Virus record (IMG/VR): IMGVR_UViG_3300028898_000325
Location: 2,631 to 66,630 of that record
Reading direction: 5' to 3' (one strand)
DNA from: a virus
DNA: 64,000 nt
Made by a program: the position numbers and the translations under genes
Notes under the pieces: generated by a model
Told to the model about the DNA's origin: nothing
The model's database searches: none
The model's input: the letters and a program-made list of their open reading frames with translations, nothing else
Shown here: positions 33,717 to 43,659 of the stretch, piece by piece
How the letters are laid out: each line of letters starts with the position of its first letter
How positions within the stretch are numbered: the stretch's first letter is position 1

Positions 33717-36700
33717 GCGAACCTTGCATCATAACGTTTAAAGGGAAGGACTACAACCATGCGGAATTTATGACAATGCTGCATGATGGACTATTGAAGG
33801 AAATGGAAGATTCCGGTAGTGTTTTATTGAAAGATTCTTTATCGGCCAGGGAAACTGTTTATCAGGATAAAACGGGCAATCGCATTGTAGAATTTGGCGG
33901 CGCAAAAGTTGTGGTAAATAAAAAGGGCGAACGAGCATCGGCGCCAACTACCAGAAAAGCGATCAATGAATATGCAGATACCGTTGATTTTACAGTTGGG
34001 GAAAAAGCACCGGAACCGGAAGGAAGATTAAATGAGCGTGAATATTCTTCCCACGTAGCCAAAACGTCAAACAATCCTGCAGAACTTGTGGAGGTTTACG
34101 AAAACAACCATGAGCCAGAAGGTTTGTCCGCTACAGAAAGCGCTATTGCAAACTACGGCATTGGTAAAATAACCGAAAGCAGTTTCAATCGTTTCGGAGA
34201 CAGGAACACAAAAGGCATGAGCATTGCCAAAACTTATTTTGATAATAAGAACGGGCAGGGAATTGACCAAGTGGCAAAAGAAATTTCCGACAAAACAGGG
34301 GTTCCAGTTGAGCCGCAGGATATTGTTGAGTTCATCAATCGGTTTCCGAATGGCTTAAATCCCGATACGGTAAGACCTAATGAAACAGCCAAAGAAGCAG
34401 CAGCAAGGTTTGAGCAAATAACAGGGCTGAAACTCACTGACTCAATGGCTGAAAGGGTGCTGAAACAACTTGAAAACAAAAAAGCGGAAGAAGAGGTATT
34501 GACCAACGAAAAACTTTTGCTTGAAAAAGACAAAATAAATTCCGAATTTGCTGATCAGATTATTGCTGATGAAGGTATAACAACCCTTGAACAGCTTGAA
34601 GGTTTGAAATCCCTGTTTGAAGGATTCCCTTATAACAAAGAGGATTTTGATGCCATCAAAACCAAAATAAATGAAAGACAAAATTCTACAGAATCAGGAG
34701 AAGCAGGACAAGAAAGTATTGGCCCTGATCAAAATAAACCAGCAGGTGAGACAGAACCGCCTGCAACAGAAACTGCGCCGCAGGAAAAGAGCCCTGGATT
34801 AGAAGAACAGGCCAAGAAGGAAAGATTTTTTGAAGAAATTGCCGGCGCAAAACCGAATAATGCTACAGGAAGAATTTCTATTGACCCAATTTTAGGGGAG
34901 CAGCCAAAGAAACTTTCCAAGATTTTACGGGACTTCACCAAAAAAACAAATCAAAAGATTTTTTACTTAAAGGTTAGCAAGGGAGCCGCTGGAACATACA
35001 ACTCTGCTAACGCTGGAATAAAGCTAAGGTACTCAGGAGACTTAGACACTACAGCCCACGAATATGGGCACAAGATTGATGATGTATATAAAATCATTGA
35101 TGCTATTGATGCCGACCCTGCAGCAACAAGAGAACTTCCGTACTTCATGGCTTCACCGGCAGCAAGTAAGCCGCCACAGGGGCATCCCAATCCATTAAAA
35201 TACAAAAAATCAGAAGGCTTTGCAGAATGGTTAAGGGCATTCATAGTCAACCCAAACAAGGCAATCTCTGAAGCACCAGCAATTCACAAAATTTACGAAG
35301 CTACCGTTGAAGAGTCGGCTAAAAAAGCTGTCAAAGAACTGTCAAACGACATTCGTGTTTGGGCTGGTTCAACCGGAAGAGACATTACTTTGGCCAACAT
35401 TGAAATAAAGCCCGAAGACAAAAGCATATGGAGTAAAATTTTTGGCAAAGACGAAGCGGGAAAATATTACTTAAACTGGACAGACAAGTTTGCCGCTCAA
35501 TTCCTGCAGCCAATGCAGGCCTTTAATAAGGCTTTTGAATTTGCAAAAGGAATAAAAGGAGTTGACGAAGTGCTTCCCGAAAACGACCCTGTTATTTTAT
35601 CCAGATTGCTATTAGGATTCAATGGGAAATTTGAGGACATAGTGACCAATGGAATGGTCGATGGTAAACTCAATCGACTTTTGGATAGCAAAGGCAATCC
35701 TAAAAACATCAAATGGTTATTGGAGCCTCTTGACAATACGGATAGGGGTACCATTCAGAAAGACATGGAAGACGTTTTGGCTTACATGATTTCAGAAAGG
35801 ACGGTTGAACTGTCAAAAAAGTTTAACAGAGACAATGTATTGTCGGGAGTTGGCGGCGGGATATTTAAAGACCTTGATGTGGCGGTAAAAACTCTTGATG
35901 AATTTAGCAATGGAGACCAACAAAAACTTGCAAGGATTAAAGACGCCGCTGAAAGATACAGGGAGTTGGCTGATGATGTATTGAAGTACATGGTAGATAA
36001 GGGAAGGCTGGCAGACGAAACCTTTGACAAAGACGGCAATCTTGTAGGCGGGTATAAATTCATCAAGCAAAACAATCTACAGTATGTAGCAATGAACAGG
36101 ATATTTGAAAGTGAACCTAGCGTAGAGTTGCAAACTGGTTTAAAAATTTCCGGAGGCAAAGCAATAGGCTCTGCTAAAGAAACCTTGTTCAAGATAAAGG
36201 GTTCATCAAAGCAAATAGCTAACCCTTATAGCGTACTGATTGAAAACATTTACAAAAGCATAAAAGAGTCTGACAGAAATGAAGTGATGAAGGCTTTTCG
36301 TGATATAGTTTACGATCAAAGAAGCATGCACCAAGGTGACGTTAAGGCCTACAGTGATATTGGAGTTTTAGGAAAAGAGGGAGATAAGAACGGCGTCAAA
36401 ATTTTTGTAAATGGCAAACCGGAGACATGGGTGTTTCATCCTGAAATATTTCGGGCAATTAAAAACCTTGACGGAGACCTTTATCAGCTGCCGAAACTGA
36501 TGCGCTTGCCAGGAAAAGTATTGCAATTTACAGTTACGCATTTCCCAACGTTTGCAGCAAGAAACGTTGTTCGTGATACTCAGGACCGGCTTATAAAGTC
36601 AACAACAGGTAGTGGCTTTAAAGATATGATAGGAGACAAAGCCCATTGGGAAGAGGTTGCCAAAGCTGGCGGTTTAAATGCAGGCATGTACTACAAAGAC

Positions 36701-37924
36701 AGAAGTCACTACTATGGACTCCTTGAAACCACGATGAACAAAATGGCTAAAGATAAAAAGTTCATTTTGGCGGATCCGGAAAGATTTAAGAAAGCCATGG
36801 GTGACGCATGGAAAAGCTATGAAGGCTTATTGTATAAGTCGGAAACTGTAAACAGGGTTGCCGAGTATAGGGGTGGTGTAAGAGAGGCAAAATCAAAAGG
36901 CATGGATGACTACAATGCTATGCTTTATGGGGCATACAAAGCAAGGGATTTAATTGACTTTGCTGTTGCCGGGCACACTATGCGAATGGTAAACCAATTG
37001 ATCCCTTTTACAAATGCTGCGGTCCAGGGAATGCGGTCGTCTATAGTAAGCCTGAAAAAAAATCCCGCAGGCTTCGCTGTAAGGACTGCATTATATTCAA
37101 TCATTCCAACTGCAGCGCTTTGGTATCTAAATCATCAAGACGAAGAAACAGCAAAAGAGTACGAAGAAGTTCCTTCATACCAAAGGGATATGTACTATAA
37201 CTACAAAATAGGTGACAACAAATGGTTGGCAATACCAAAGCCATATGAGCTAAGTCTAACTGGCGCAGCCGTAGACAGGATGCTTAGTGATATGGCCTAT
37301 GGAAAAAAAGATTCTTATAAAGGCTATGCAGGAACAGTGGCAAAATCGTTTTTCCCGTTCGATGAAGCTGCAGCTGCCGGTTTTTTGCGTCCAGTTATAG
37401 AGGGTATAGCCAACTATGACTTTTATCGAGAAAAAACGGTTATTCCTGCACACGAAGATAAGCTCGCATTGGAACTAAGACATACCGAATCGGCAAGTTC
37501 CATAGGGAAACTTGTGCAAAGTGTAGCAGGCGTAGACGCCAGAAAAGTTGACCATTTTATACGGGGCCAGTTCTCATATTTCGGGAATGCAGCAATGAAA
37601 ACTTCTGACATGGCTTTCAGTGACAACACGCAAGAGAATTGGGATATAATTGACCTGGGATTTTTCAAAAGGTCGCCGGCATATAATTCCGTAAGCGTTC
37701 AGGAGCTATTGAAATTTGCAAAAGAATGGGATTTAGAGAAAAGCAAGGATTATAGAGAGTTTGCCGATCAAGCAACCGAATATTTCAAATTAAAAGACGA
37801 CTCAGAAAAAGAAAAAGCTGGCATGGAGCTTATTGATCATGCAAAAGCTCTGATGCTTAAATGGCAATCAGAAAACGTAAAAGAGCAAAAAATCACAGAC
37901 AAGAAAGAAAAAGAGCAGCAATAA
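33713..37924 (+). CDS. Large polyvalent ejection protein with zincin-like metallopeptidase and C-terminal LPD38-like domain
   Basis: TTAHEYGHKID (HExxH) followed by EGFAEW; KKNP...R...IP...LW.LN..DE...Y.EVP.YQRD.YY..KIG..W.AIPKPYE. Confidence 0.75.
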   Translation: MSEPCIITFKGKDYNHAEFMTMLHDGLLKEMEDSGSVLLKDSLSARETVYQDKTGNRIVEFGGAKVVVNKKGERASAPTTRKAINEYADTVDFTVGEKAPEPEGRLNEREYSSHVAKTSNNPAELVEVYENNHEPEGLSATESAIANYGIGKITESSFNRFGDRNTKGMSIAKTYFDNKNGQGIDQVAKEISDKTGVPVEPQDIVEFINRFPNGLNPDTVRPNETAKEAAARFEQITGLKLTDSMAERVLKQLENKKAEEEVLTNEKLLLEKDKINSEFADQIIADEGITTLEQLEGLKSLFEGFPYNKEDFDAIKTKINERQNSTESGEAGQESIGPDQNKPAGETEPPATETAPQEKSPGLEEQAKKERFFEEIAGAKPNNATGRISIDPILGEQPKKLSKILRDFTKKTNQKIFYLKVSKGAAGTYNSANAGIKLRYSGDLDTTAHEYGHKIDDVYKIIDAIDADPAATRELPYFMASPAASKPPQGHPNPLKYKKSEGFAEWLRAFIVNPNKAISEAPAIHKIYEATVEESAKKAVKELSNDIRVWAGSTGRDITLANIEIKPEDKSIWSKIFGKDEAGKYYLNWTDKFAAQFLQPMQAFNKAFEFAKGIKGVDEVLPENDPVILSRLLLGFNGKFEDIVTNGMVDGKLNRLLDSKGNPKNIKWLLEPLDNTDRGTIQKDMEDVLAYMISERTVELSKKFNRDNVLSGVGGGIFKDLDVAVKTLDEFSNGDQQKLARIKDAAERYRELADDVLKYMVDKGRLADETFDKDGNLVGGYKFIKQNNLQYVAMNRIFESEPSVELQTGLKISGGKAIGSAKETLFKIKGSSKQIANPYSVLIENIYKSIKESDRNEVMKAFRDIVYDQRSMHQGDVKAYSDIGVLGKEGDKNGVKIFVNGKPETWVFHPEIFRAIKNLDGDLYQLPKLMRLPGKVLQFTVTHFPTFAARNVVRDTQDRLIKSTTGSGFKDMIGDKAHWEEVAKAGGLNAGMYYKDRSHYYGLLETTMNKMAKDKKFILADPERFKKAMGDAWKSYEGLLYKSETVNRVAEYRGGVREAKSKGMDDYNAMLYGAYKARDLIDFAVAGHTMRMVNQLIPFTNAAVQGMRSSIVSLKKNPAGFAVRTALYSIIPTAALWYLNHQDEETAKEYEEVPSYQRDMYYNYKIGDNKWLAIPKPYELSLTGAAVDRMLSDMAYGKKDSYKGYAGTVAKSFFPFDEAAAAGFLRPVIEGIANYDFYREKTVIPAHEDKLALELRHTESASSIGKLVQSVAGVDARKVDHFIRGQFSYFGNAAMKTSDMAFSDNTQENWDIIDLGFFKRSPAYNSVSVQELLKFAKEWDLEKSKDYREFADQATEYFKLKDDSEKEKAGMELIDHAKALMLKWQSENVKEQKITDKKEKEQQ

Positions 37925-37930
37925 TTTTTT

Positions 37931-37958
37931 TATTTTTGAATAGTTATACCATATAACT
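37931..37958 (+). promoter_or_regulatory. Bacteroidota -7 box plus 17-bp palindrome
   Basis: TATTTTTG (37931-37938) followed by AGTTATACCATATAACT (37942-37958), upstream of the packaging genes. Confidence 0.55.
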
Positions 37959-37974
37959 TTTTATATCCGTACTC

Positions 37975-38568
37975 ATGAACTATAAAGAAGCAAGCTTTAA
38001 TGCTTGCGTATTCAATCCGTTGGTAAAAGGTAAACTGCTTTCGCAGTACCCACGCATTAGTGAAATTATCGACCCTGTTTGGGCTGTTGATCCTCACTTG
38101 GACAACCTTCTACGATATATAATCTTGATGTACGATGTCAACAGCCCGCTAATCAAAGACGAAAAAGATTTGAACTACAGAAAAGGGATTGCGGCAAACA
38201 TTGCTGGGTTTGACATGGAAGACCAAGGGTTTCTTGATGCGGTGTATTCTTTCACGCATCCATTCTTGGTTGAATTGACAATAAAGTTTTTGATCCGGTT
38301 TATAAAATCAAAAGAGTTTACGGCAATAGTTGTAGTTGAGAACTGTTTTTGGGAAAGCGTTAGCAAACTGATGGAACCCATAAAAGGAACAAGTAGCAAC
38401 GAAATATTGCAGGCTGTTCAGAAGAAGGCTGCAATCAAAACAGAAATTGACAATGACATGGCAAGGCTTGAAAAATATTACAGATCATTTTATGGAGAAG
38501 ATGAAGTGTTAGAGGAAAAAGGGAAAAGAAGAATTACAGCAGAAAGTGTTGCTGGAATAAAAAAATAA
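37975..38568 (+). CDS. Hypothetical protein, possible terminase small subunit
   Basis: Helical 197-aa protein immediately upstream of TerL; assignment by position only. Confidence 0.45.
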   Translation: MNYKEASFNACVFNPLVKGKLLSQYPRISEIIDPVWAVDPHLDNLLRYIILMYDVNSPLIKDEKDLNYRKGIAANIAGFDMEDQGFLDAVYSFTHPFLVELTIKFLIRFIKSKEFTAIVVVENCFWESVSKLMEPIKGTSSNEILQAVQKKAAIKTEIDNDMARLEKYYRSFYGEDEVLEEKGKRRITAESVAGIKK

Positions 38569-38570
38569 TA

Positions 38571-40607
38571 ATGTACGCACCAATCCCAAATGGGGAAAAA
38601 GAATTGATTTATGATTTGTACGAGTGTCACATACCACCCGTAGGTTATGGTATTGATTCAACTACCGGCAGTCTTGAAAAGACCGATGTAATAATGCGGT
38701 CGACAAAAATAAAAGAGCAAAAATGGGAAAGAACTCCGCTTCCATATGATTGGGTAAAAAAAAGAAAAATTGAGTCGGTACTTCAGCAAAATGATGAAAA
38801 TTATTTTGATCCCAAACTTGAAGAGTTTAGGCAGCAGGAATGGAAAAGACGTCTTCGTGGGGTTTGGTTTTATAATAATGGCAAGCCTACATACATAACA
38901 GGAGAACATTACATGTACCTTAATTGGTGGCACTTAGATGATGGCTACCCCGAATATAGAGAACCAGACAGAAAAAGGTATTATGTACTTCAATATTGTA
39001 TTGAAGACCCAAGGTGCGCTGGGATGATTGAAGCGGCAAATAGGCGTAGCGGCAAAAGCTATAGAGGTGGGCTATTTGTTTACGAATATACATCCAGAAC
39101 TGCGGATGCAAATAGCGGCATTCAAAGCAAAACCGATTCAGATGCTAAAAACTTATTCAAAGGAAAAGTAGTAACTCCATTTAGGAGGCTACCCGATTTT
39201 TTCAGGCCCACAATAGATACTTCTGCTGGAGCCAATCCAGAAAAGGAAATAAAATTTACACCCACAACAAAAAGAGGCAAACAGGCGCTTTCAAGTTTTG
39301 ATGACTTAGGGCTTAATTCTTATATAAACTTTCTTTCGTCCGAGCAATTTGCATATGATGGATGGAAACTACACAGGTACCTTGGAGATGAGGTTGGCAA
39401 AACCCTTAAAGTAAATGTTTATGATCGCCACCAAGTGATTAAGTATTGTTTACGTGTTGGTGGGAAATGGATTGGCAAGGCGCTTTATACTACAACCGTA
39501 GAGAAGTTAAAAAAAGAAGAGGAAAGTAAATTAAATGGACAAGAAGCCAAAGCATTCAAAATGCTGTGGGATGAAAGCAATCCATTAGAAAGAGATGCTA
39601 ATGGTCATACAAAAAGCGGGCTGTACAAATACTTTACTCCTGCATATGAAATGTATGATTTTGATGAATATGGATTCCCAAAAATAGAAGAAGGCAAAGA
39701 GTTTTATTTAAATACAAGAGCAGGACTTCTGCATAATCCTCGTGGCCTTGCAAGTGAAATATGCAAAAATCCGTTTTCCGAAAAGGAAATGTTTAAGCCA
39801 GACGGAGACAAGTCAATTTTTGATCCGATAGTTCTTGGGGATAGGCTTGACGACTTGTACATAATGAAAAACGTATTTACAAAGGGAGATTTCATTTGGG
39901 AAAATGGAGTGCAAGACTCAAAGGTAATTTTTAAGCCAAATAAAAATGGCAGGTTTGATGTTACATATCTTTTTGAAGAAGAAGGGAGATCAAACAACAG
40001 GTCAAACAAAGGTGGCATATGGTACCCTAATAATTCCTCTGAATTTGTAATTGGAGCCGACCCGTTTAGTCACGGGAAAACAGTAGATAAGCGAAGGTCA
40101 AATGGCGCTGGATTATGCTACATGAAATTTAATGCTGCCGGTAATAGTCCGTATAGAGAATCCTTTGTTGCTAAATACAATTTCAGGACAGCAACCCCAT
40201 CTGAATTTTATGAAGATATGCTAAAGATGGCCGTTTATTACGGGTGTCACATTTTATGGGAAAATAACAAGAACAACTGGGATATATATTTTAAACAAAG
40301 AGGATATGAAGGTTTTTTGATGAAGCTGGACGACTATCCAGATTACGGCATACCAGGAAACGAAAATACCCATAAACAAATCACAGAAATCACAATTGAG
40401 TATATCCACAAAAATATAAACAAAGTATTCTTTCCCGATTTAATTGAACAGTGGTTAGAATTTGATCCAGCAGACACTACAAAGTCGGATTTGGTTATGG
40501 CTGCTGGATATACATTGATAGCGGATTTAAGGAAGACTTATAAAAAAACTATTACAACTCTTAGACCAATGACCGAGTATGGTTTCAGAAAACATAAAAT
40601 AGCATAA
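38571..40607 (+). CDS. terL: Terminase large subunit
   Basis: YITGEHYMYLNW; Walker A-like NRRSGKSY; LGDEVGK; nuclease IGADPF; SDLVMAAG. Confidence 0.9.
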   Translation: MYAPIPNGEKELIYDLYECHIPPVGYGIDSTTGSLEKTDVIMRSTKIKEQKWERTPLPYDWVKKRKIESVLQQNDENYFDPKLEEFRQQEWKRRLRGVWFYNNGKPTYITGEHYMYLNWWHLDDGYPEYREPDRKRYYVLQYCIEDPRCAGMIEAANRRSGKSYRGGLFVYEYTSRTADANSGIQSKTDSDAKNLFKGKVVTPFRRLPDFFRPTIDTSAGANPEKEIKFTPTTKRGKQALSSFDDLGLNSYINFLSSEQFAYDGWKLHRYLGDEVGKTLKVNVYDRHQVIKYCLRVGGKWIGKALYTTTVEKLKKEEESKLNGQEAKAFKMLWDESNPLERDANGHTKSGLYKYFTPAYEMYDFDEYGFPKIEEGKEFYLNTRAGLLHNPRGLASEICKNPFSEKEMFKPDGDKSIFDPIVLGDRLDDLYIMKNVFTKGDFIWENGVQDSKVIFKPNKNGRFDVTYLFEEEGRSNNRSNKGGIWYPNNSSEFVIGADPFSHGKTVDKRRSNGAGLCYMKFNAAGNSPYRESFVAKYNFRTATPSEFYEDMLKMAVYYGCHILWENNKNNWDIYFKQRGYEGFLMKLDDYPDYGIPGNENTHKQITEITIEYIHKNINKVFFPDLIEQWLEFDPADTTKSDLVMAAGYTLIADLRKTYKKTITTLRPMTEYGFRKHKIA

Positions 40608-40609
40608 CC

Positions 40610-42970
40610 ATGAACGAAGCAGTATCATTTCCAAAGCATAACATCAACCCTCAATTAAAGGGAAGAGAATGGTGCCTTCAGGCAGCAAAAGCCATTGCCC
40701 ATAACTGGTCGAACTCCATGAAGGAGGGAAGTATTTTTTATGCCAAGCGTAAAAGATATGACGAGATAGATGACTACTACATGGGGTTGCAAACAACGCT
40801 TCGCTACATGGAATGGCAGACAGGAGAAAAAAATCCTGCAGCCACATGGATCAATATTGACCAAAGTATTGATCCGACAATGAAAAACCATATTCAAAAG
40901 GTTGCTGGGCGTCTCAAAAAAATTGGCTACAATATTTGCGCTACGCCGCTGGACAGCACAGCAAAAAGTAAGCTGGATTCATGGTATGACCAAATGAAAG
41001 TTAAAATACTCATGCGTGAAGCAGCAATGCAAGCCAATCCTCAATATGCACAAACAGCGCAGCTGATGAATGCCGGTGACGAACCGGAGGATGTCGAAGA
41101 ATTAAACATTGCGGTTAAGTTCAGCCCAAAAGTTATTCGTGCAAAAGATGTTGAGCAGGCCGTGTCAATGATTTTTTATGAGAATGATTTTGATGCGCTG
41201 AAAGACAAAATGGACGAAGACATTATCAAGTATGGCGTAACCGTACCGAGAGAGTATCTTGATGAAAATGGAAAGGTTTGCATTAGGGTGTACAATCCAG
41301 GAAACTTTGTTTGCTCATGGTCGGAAGATGGAGACTTCAAAGATTTGACCTACGCAGGCGTTTACGATTATGTAACGCTTACTTCATTGGCTCCGTATTT
41401 TTCTCCAGAAGAGTTGGAAAAAATTGCCAACGCAGTAAGAGGGCAACACGGCAATCCAGCATATTTAAGTAGCAATGCACAAAATGCACTTGATTCATTC
41501 AGGGTAGCAATTTTTGATTTTGAATACAAGTCTTATGACAGCGTTGCCTATGAAGAAAAAACACGCAGGAACGGAACAAAAACTTTTGGCAAGGCTCCAT
41601 ACAGCGTTCTTTCAAAAGATGAAAACACCTATACCGGAGAAGGTGCGGTGAGAAAATACTTTGGAAAAACTAAAGAGGAAATTTACAAAGGGAAGTGGGT
41701 TGTGGGTACTGATTTTATTTACGCATATGGTAAAGAAACCAACTCAAAAAGAACAATGAACCGTAAATGGGTTCACAAAACTTCTCTTAGCTTTTTGCCG
41801 CAGGCTGCATCCTTCAGTAAAATGAGAGCGGTTAGCCTTGTTGAAGATTTGATGTCGATTGCAAACGATGTTCAAATGGTGGTGAATAAAATGAGGACGC
41901 TAAGAAACACCATGATTGTAAATGCTGTTGCAATAGATTTTTCCGCACTGGAAAATGTTGCAATCGGAGACGGTGGAGAAAACATGAAGCCGAAAGAAGT
42001 GCTGGAAATGTTTTTGCAAAACGGCGTACTGGCCTACCGGAGCGAAGACTTGATTGTTGAAGGGAAGCTGGTGCAAAGAAAACCGGTTGAACCGCTTCAG
42101 ATGAACGGAGCGATTGAACTTGCAAATATGTGGATTGACCTCAACAATCTTCACAACAAAATGTATGAGGTAAGCGGGCTGAATAAAACCACCGACAGCG
42201 CAACGGTTAACCCTAAAACATTGGTAGGTATTGCTAACGCTCAAAACATGGGCACCAACAATGCGTTGTACTCACTGGAAAATGCAAGGCGTAAAGCGAT
42301 GTTGAAGATTGCAAAAAACATTGTTCCAAGATTTCAAACTGCTTTATTGAACGGAGACTACGAAAGCGAATATGCGGACGTGTTAGGAGACAATACTATT
42401 CAGTATTTCAAATTTGCAGCAGCAAATATGCCATGCGATTACTCATTGGTTTTGGAAGACAAGATTGATGACGATTTGAGAAAAATGATTGTAGAGGTAA
42501 TGGCCGAAGACATAAAGAAAGAACTTATTACAAGTGCAGATGTCCTCATGGTAATGGACAACTACAACCTGAAAGATGCCTGCATGATTTTGGAAAAAAG
42601 AGTTGCCAAAGCCAAAAAGCAAAGAGAAGATTTTGCCATGAAGCAACAGCAGATGAACGGAGAGGTACAAGTTAAATCCGCTAAAGAAGCCGAAGCAGCC
42701 AAACGAGAAACAATGAAAGAGCAAAGCAGGCTGAAATTAAAAGAAATAGCTCTCACCAAAAGCTGGGATTACAAAATCGAACAACTAAGGCTCAGAAACT
42801 CTGCAGCAGCTACCATACATAACAATGCAACATCATTAACCAAAGAGGCTATGAAAAACAGCGGTATGCCAATGGCTGCACCAGCAGAACCAATGATGCC
42901 GCAGGAGGAACCAGGCGAAGATGCTGAAATGGAAATGCCGGAAATGGAAGAGCCGGAAGAAGTGCAATAG
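40610..42970 (+). CDS. Portal protein
   Basis: 786 aa directly after TerL, with a crAss-like gene order and an acidic C-terminal tail. Confidence 0.8.
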   Translation: MNEAVSFPKHNINPQLKGREWCLQAAKAIAHNWSNSMKEGSIFYAKRKRYDEIDDYYMGLQTTLRYMEWQTGEKNPAATWINIDQSIDPTMKNHIQKVAGRLKKIGYNICATPLDSTAKSKLDSWYDQMKVKILMREAAMQANPQYAQTAQLMNAGDEPEDVEELNIAVKFSPKVIRAKDVEQAVSMIFYENDFDALKDKMDEDIIKYGVTVPREYLDENGKVCIRVYNPGNFVCSWSEDGDFKDLTYAGVYDYVTLTSLAPYFSPEELEKIANAVRGQHGNPAYLSSNAQNALDSFRVAIFDFEYKSYDSVAYEEKTRRNGTKTFGKAPYSVLSKDENTYTGEGAVRKYFGKTKEEIYKGKWVVGTDFIYAYGKETNSKRTMNRKWVHKTSLSFLPQAASFSKMRAVSLVEDLMSIANDVQMVVNKMRTLRNTMIVNAVAIDFSALENVAIGDGGENMKPKEVLEMFLQNGVLAYRSEDLIVEGKLVQRKPVEPLQMNGAIELANMWIDLNNLHNKMYEVSGLNKTTDSATVNPKTLVGIANAQNMGTNNALYSLENARRKAMLKIAKNIVPRFQTALLNGDYESEYADVLGDNTIQYFKFAAANMPCDYSLVLEDKIDDDLRKMIVEVMAEDIKKELITSADVLMVMDNYNLKDACMILEKRVAKAKKQREDFAMKQQQMNGEVQVKSAKEAEAAKRETMKEQSRLKLKEIALTKSWDYKIEQLRLRNSAAATIHNNATSLTKEAMKNSGMPMAAPAEPMMPQEEPGEDAEMEMPEMEEPEEVQ

Positions 42971-43031
42971 CGGTTAGCACAATGTCATGAAAAAATGTCC
43001 GAAATATTTTTTGTGAAATAAAAACTATGCT

Positions 43032-43056
43032 TACTTTTGGGTTATACTATATAACT
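43032..43056 (+). promoter_or_regulatory. Bacteroidota -7 box plus 17-bp palindrome
   Basis: TACTTTTG (43032-43039) followed by GGTTATACTATATAACT (43040-43056), upstream of the head genes. Confidence 0.55.
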
Positions 43057-43071
43057 TTTTAAAATGAAAAG

Positions 43072-43605
43072 ATGAAACAATATCGCTCACTGCTTGTTGT
43101 GTCCGCCGCTCAATTTTTAGCCGCTGACGTAAAAAAAGAAATTGATGCACGTGCTGAAGAAGACAAAAGACTTCCGGTGCTGTTCAGCGACTTTGAAGTA
43201 AAGGTTGGCTCAGAAATGCTGGTAAACGTTCCATCCGGCGATGGCACAACAGTTACCCTGTATGACGGCGACTGGCTGGTGAACGAAAATGGCCTTTTCA
43301 AAAAGTACAGCACGGGCGAATTTGAAAAAGCGTTTGAAGAAGTCCCCGTTTACAATCCAGAATTTAACCAAGAGGTTTTACCTGCCGCCTCGGAATTGCA
43401 GGAGGAAGATCAGTCCGTTGTTTCGCATGTTGTTACGGAGCAAACCTTAGCCTTAAATCCGGAATTGGCTGATGCAGGCGTAAAAGAAGGGGACACTGTT
43501 ACATTCTCTGTTGAGCCGACAGAAGAAGAAAAGGCGGACGCTGTTAAAGAAACTGAGAATCAGGCGCCCAAAAAAGAAAGCAAAAAAAACGCAGCAGGCA
43601 AATAG
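43072..43605 (+). CDS. Hypothetical protein
   Basis: 177 aa; VTEQTLALNPELADAGVKEGD motif and a charged tail. Confidence 0.65.
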   Translation: MKQYRSLLVVSAAQFLAADVKKEIDARAEEDKRLPVLFSDFEVKVGSEMLVNVPSGDGTTVTLYDGDWLVNENGLFKKYSTGEFEKAFEEVPVYNPEFNQEVLPAASELQEEDQSVVSHVVTEQTLALNPELADAGVKEGDTVTFSVEPTEEEKADAVKETENQAPKKESKKNAAGK

Positions 43606-43659
43606 GCTGCGCTGTTTTTGATAAGCATTTACTAATCCACTCCCTACAAAGAAAACAAA

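Noticed and set aside
43072-43605. Weak resemblance of GDWLV...FEKAFE to small GDW/Y-type phage nucleotide-binding proteins
   Set aside because: The match is too short and divergent to support without a profile search.
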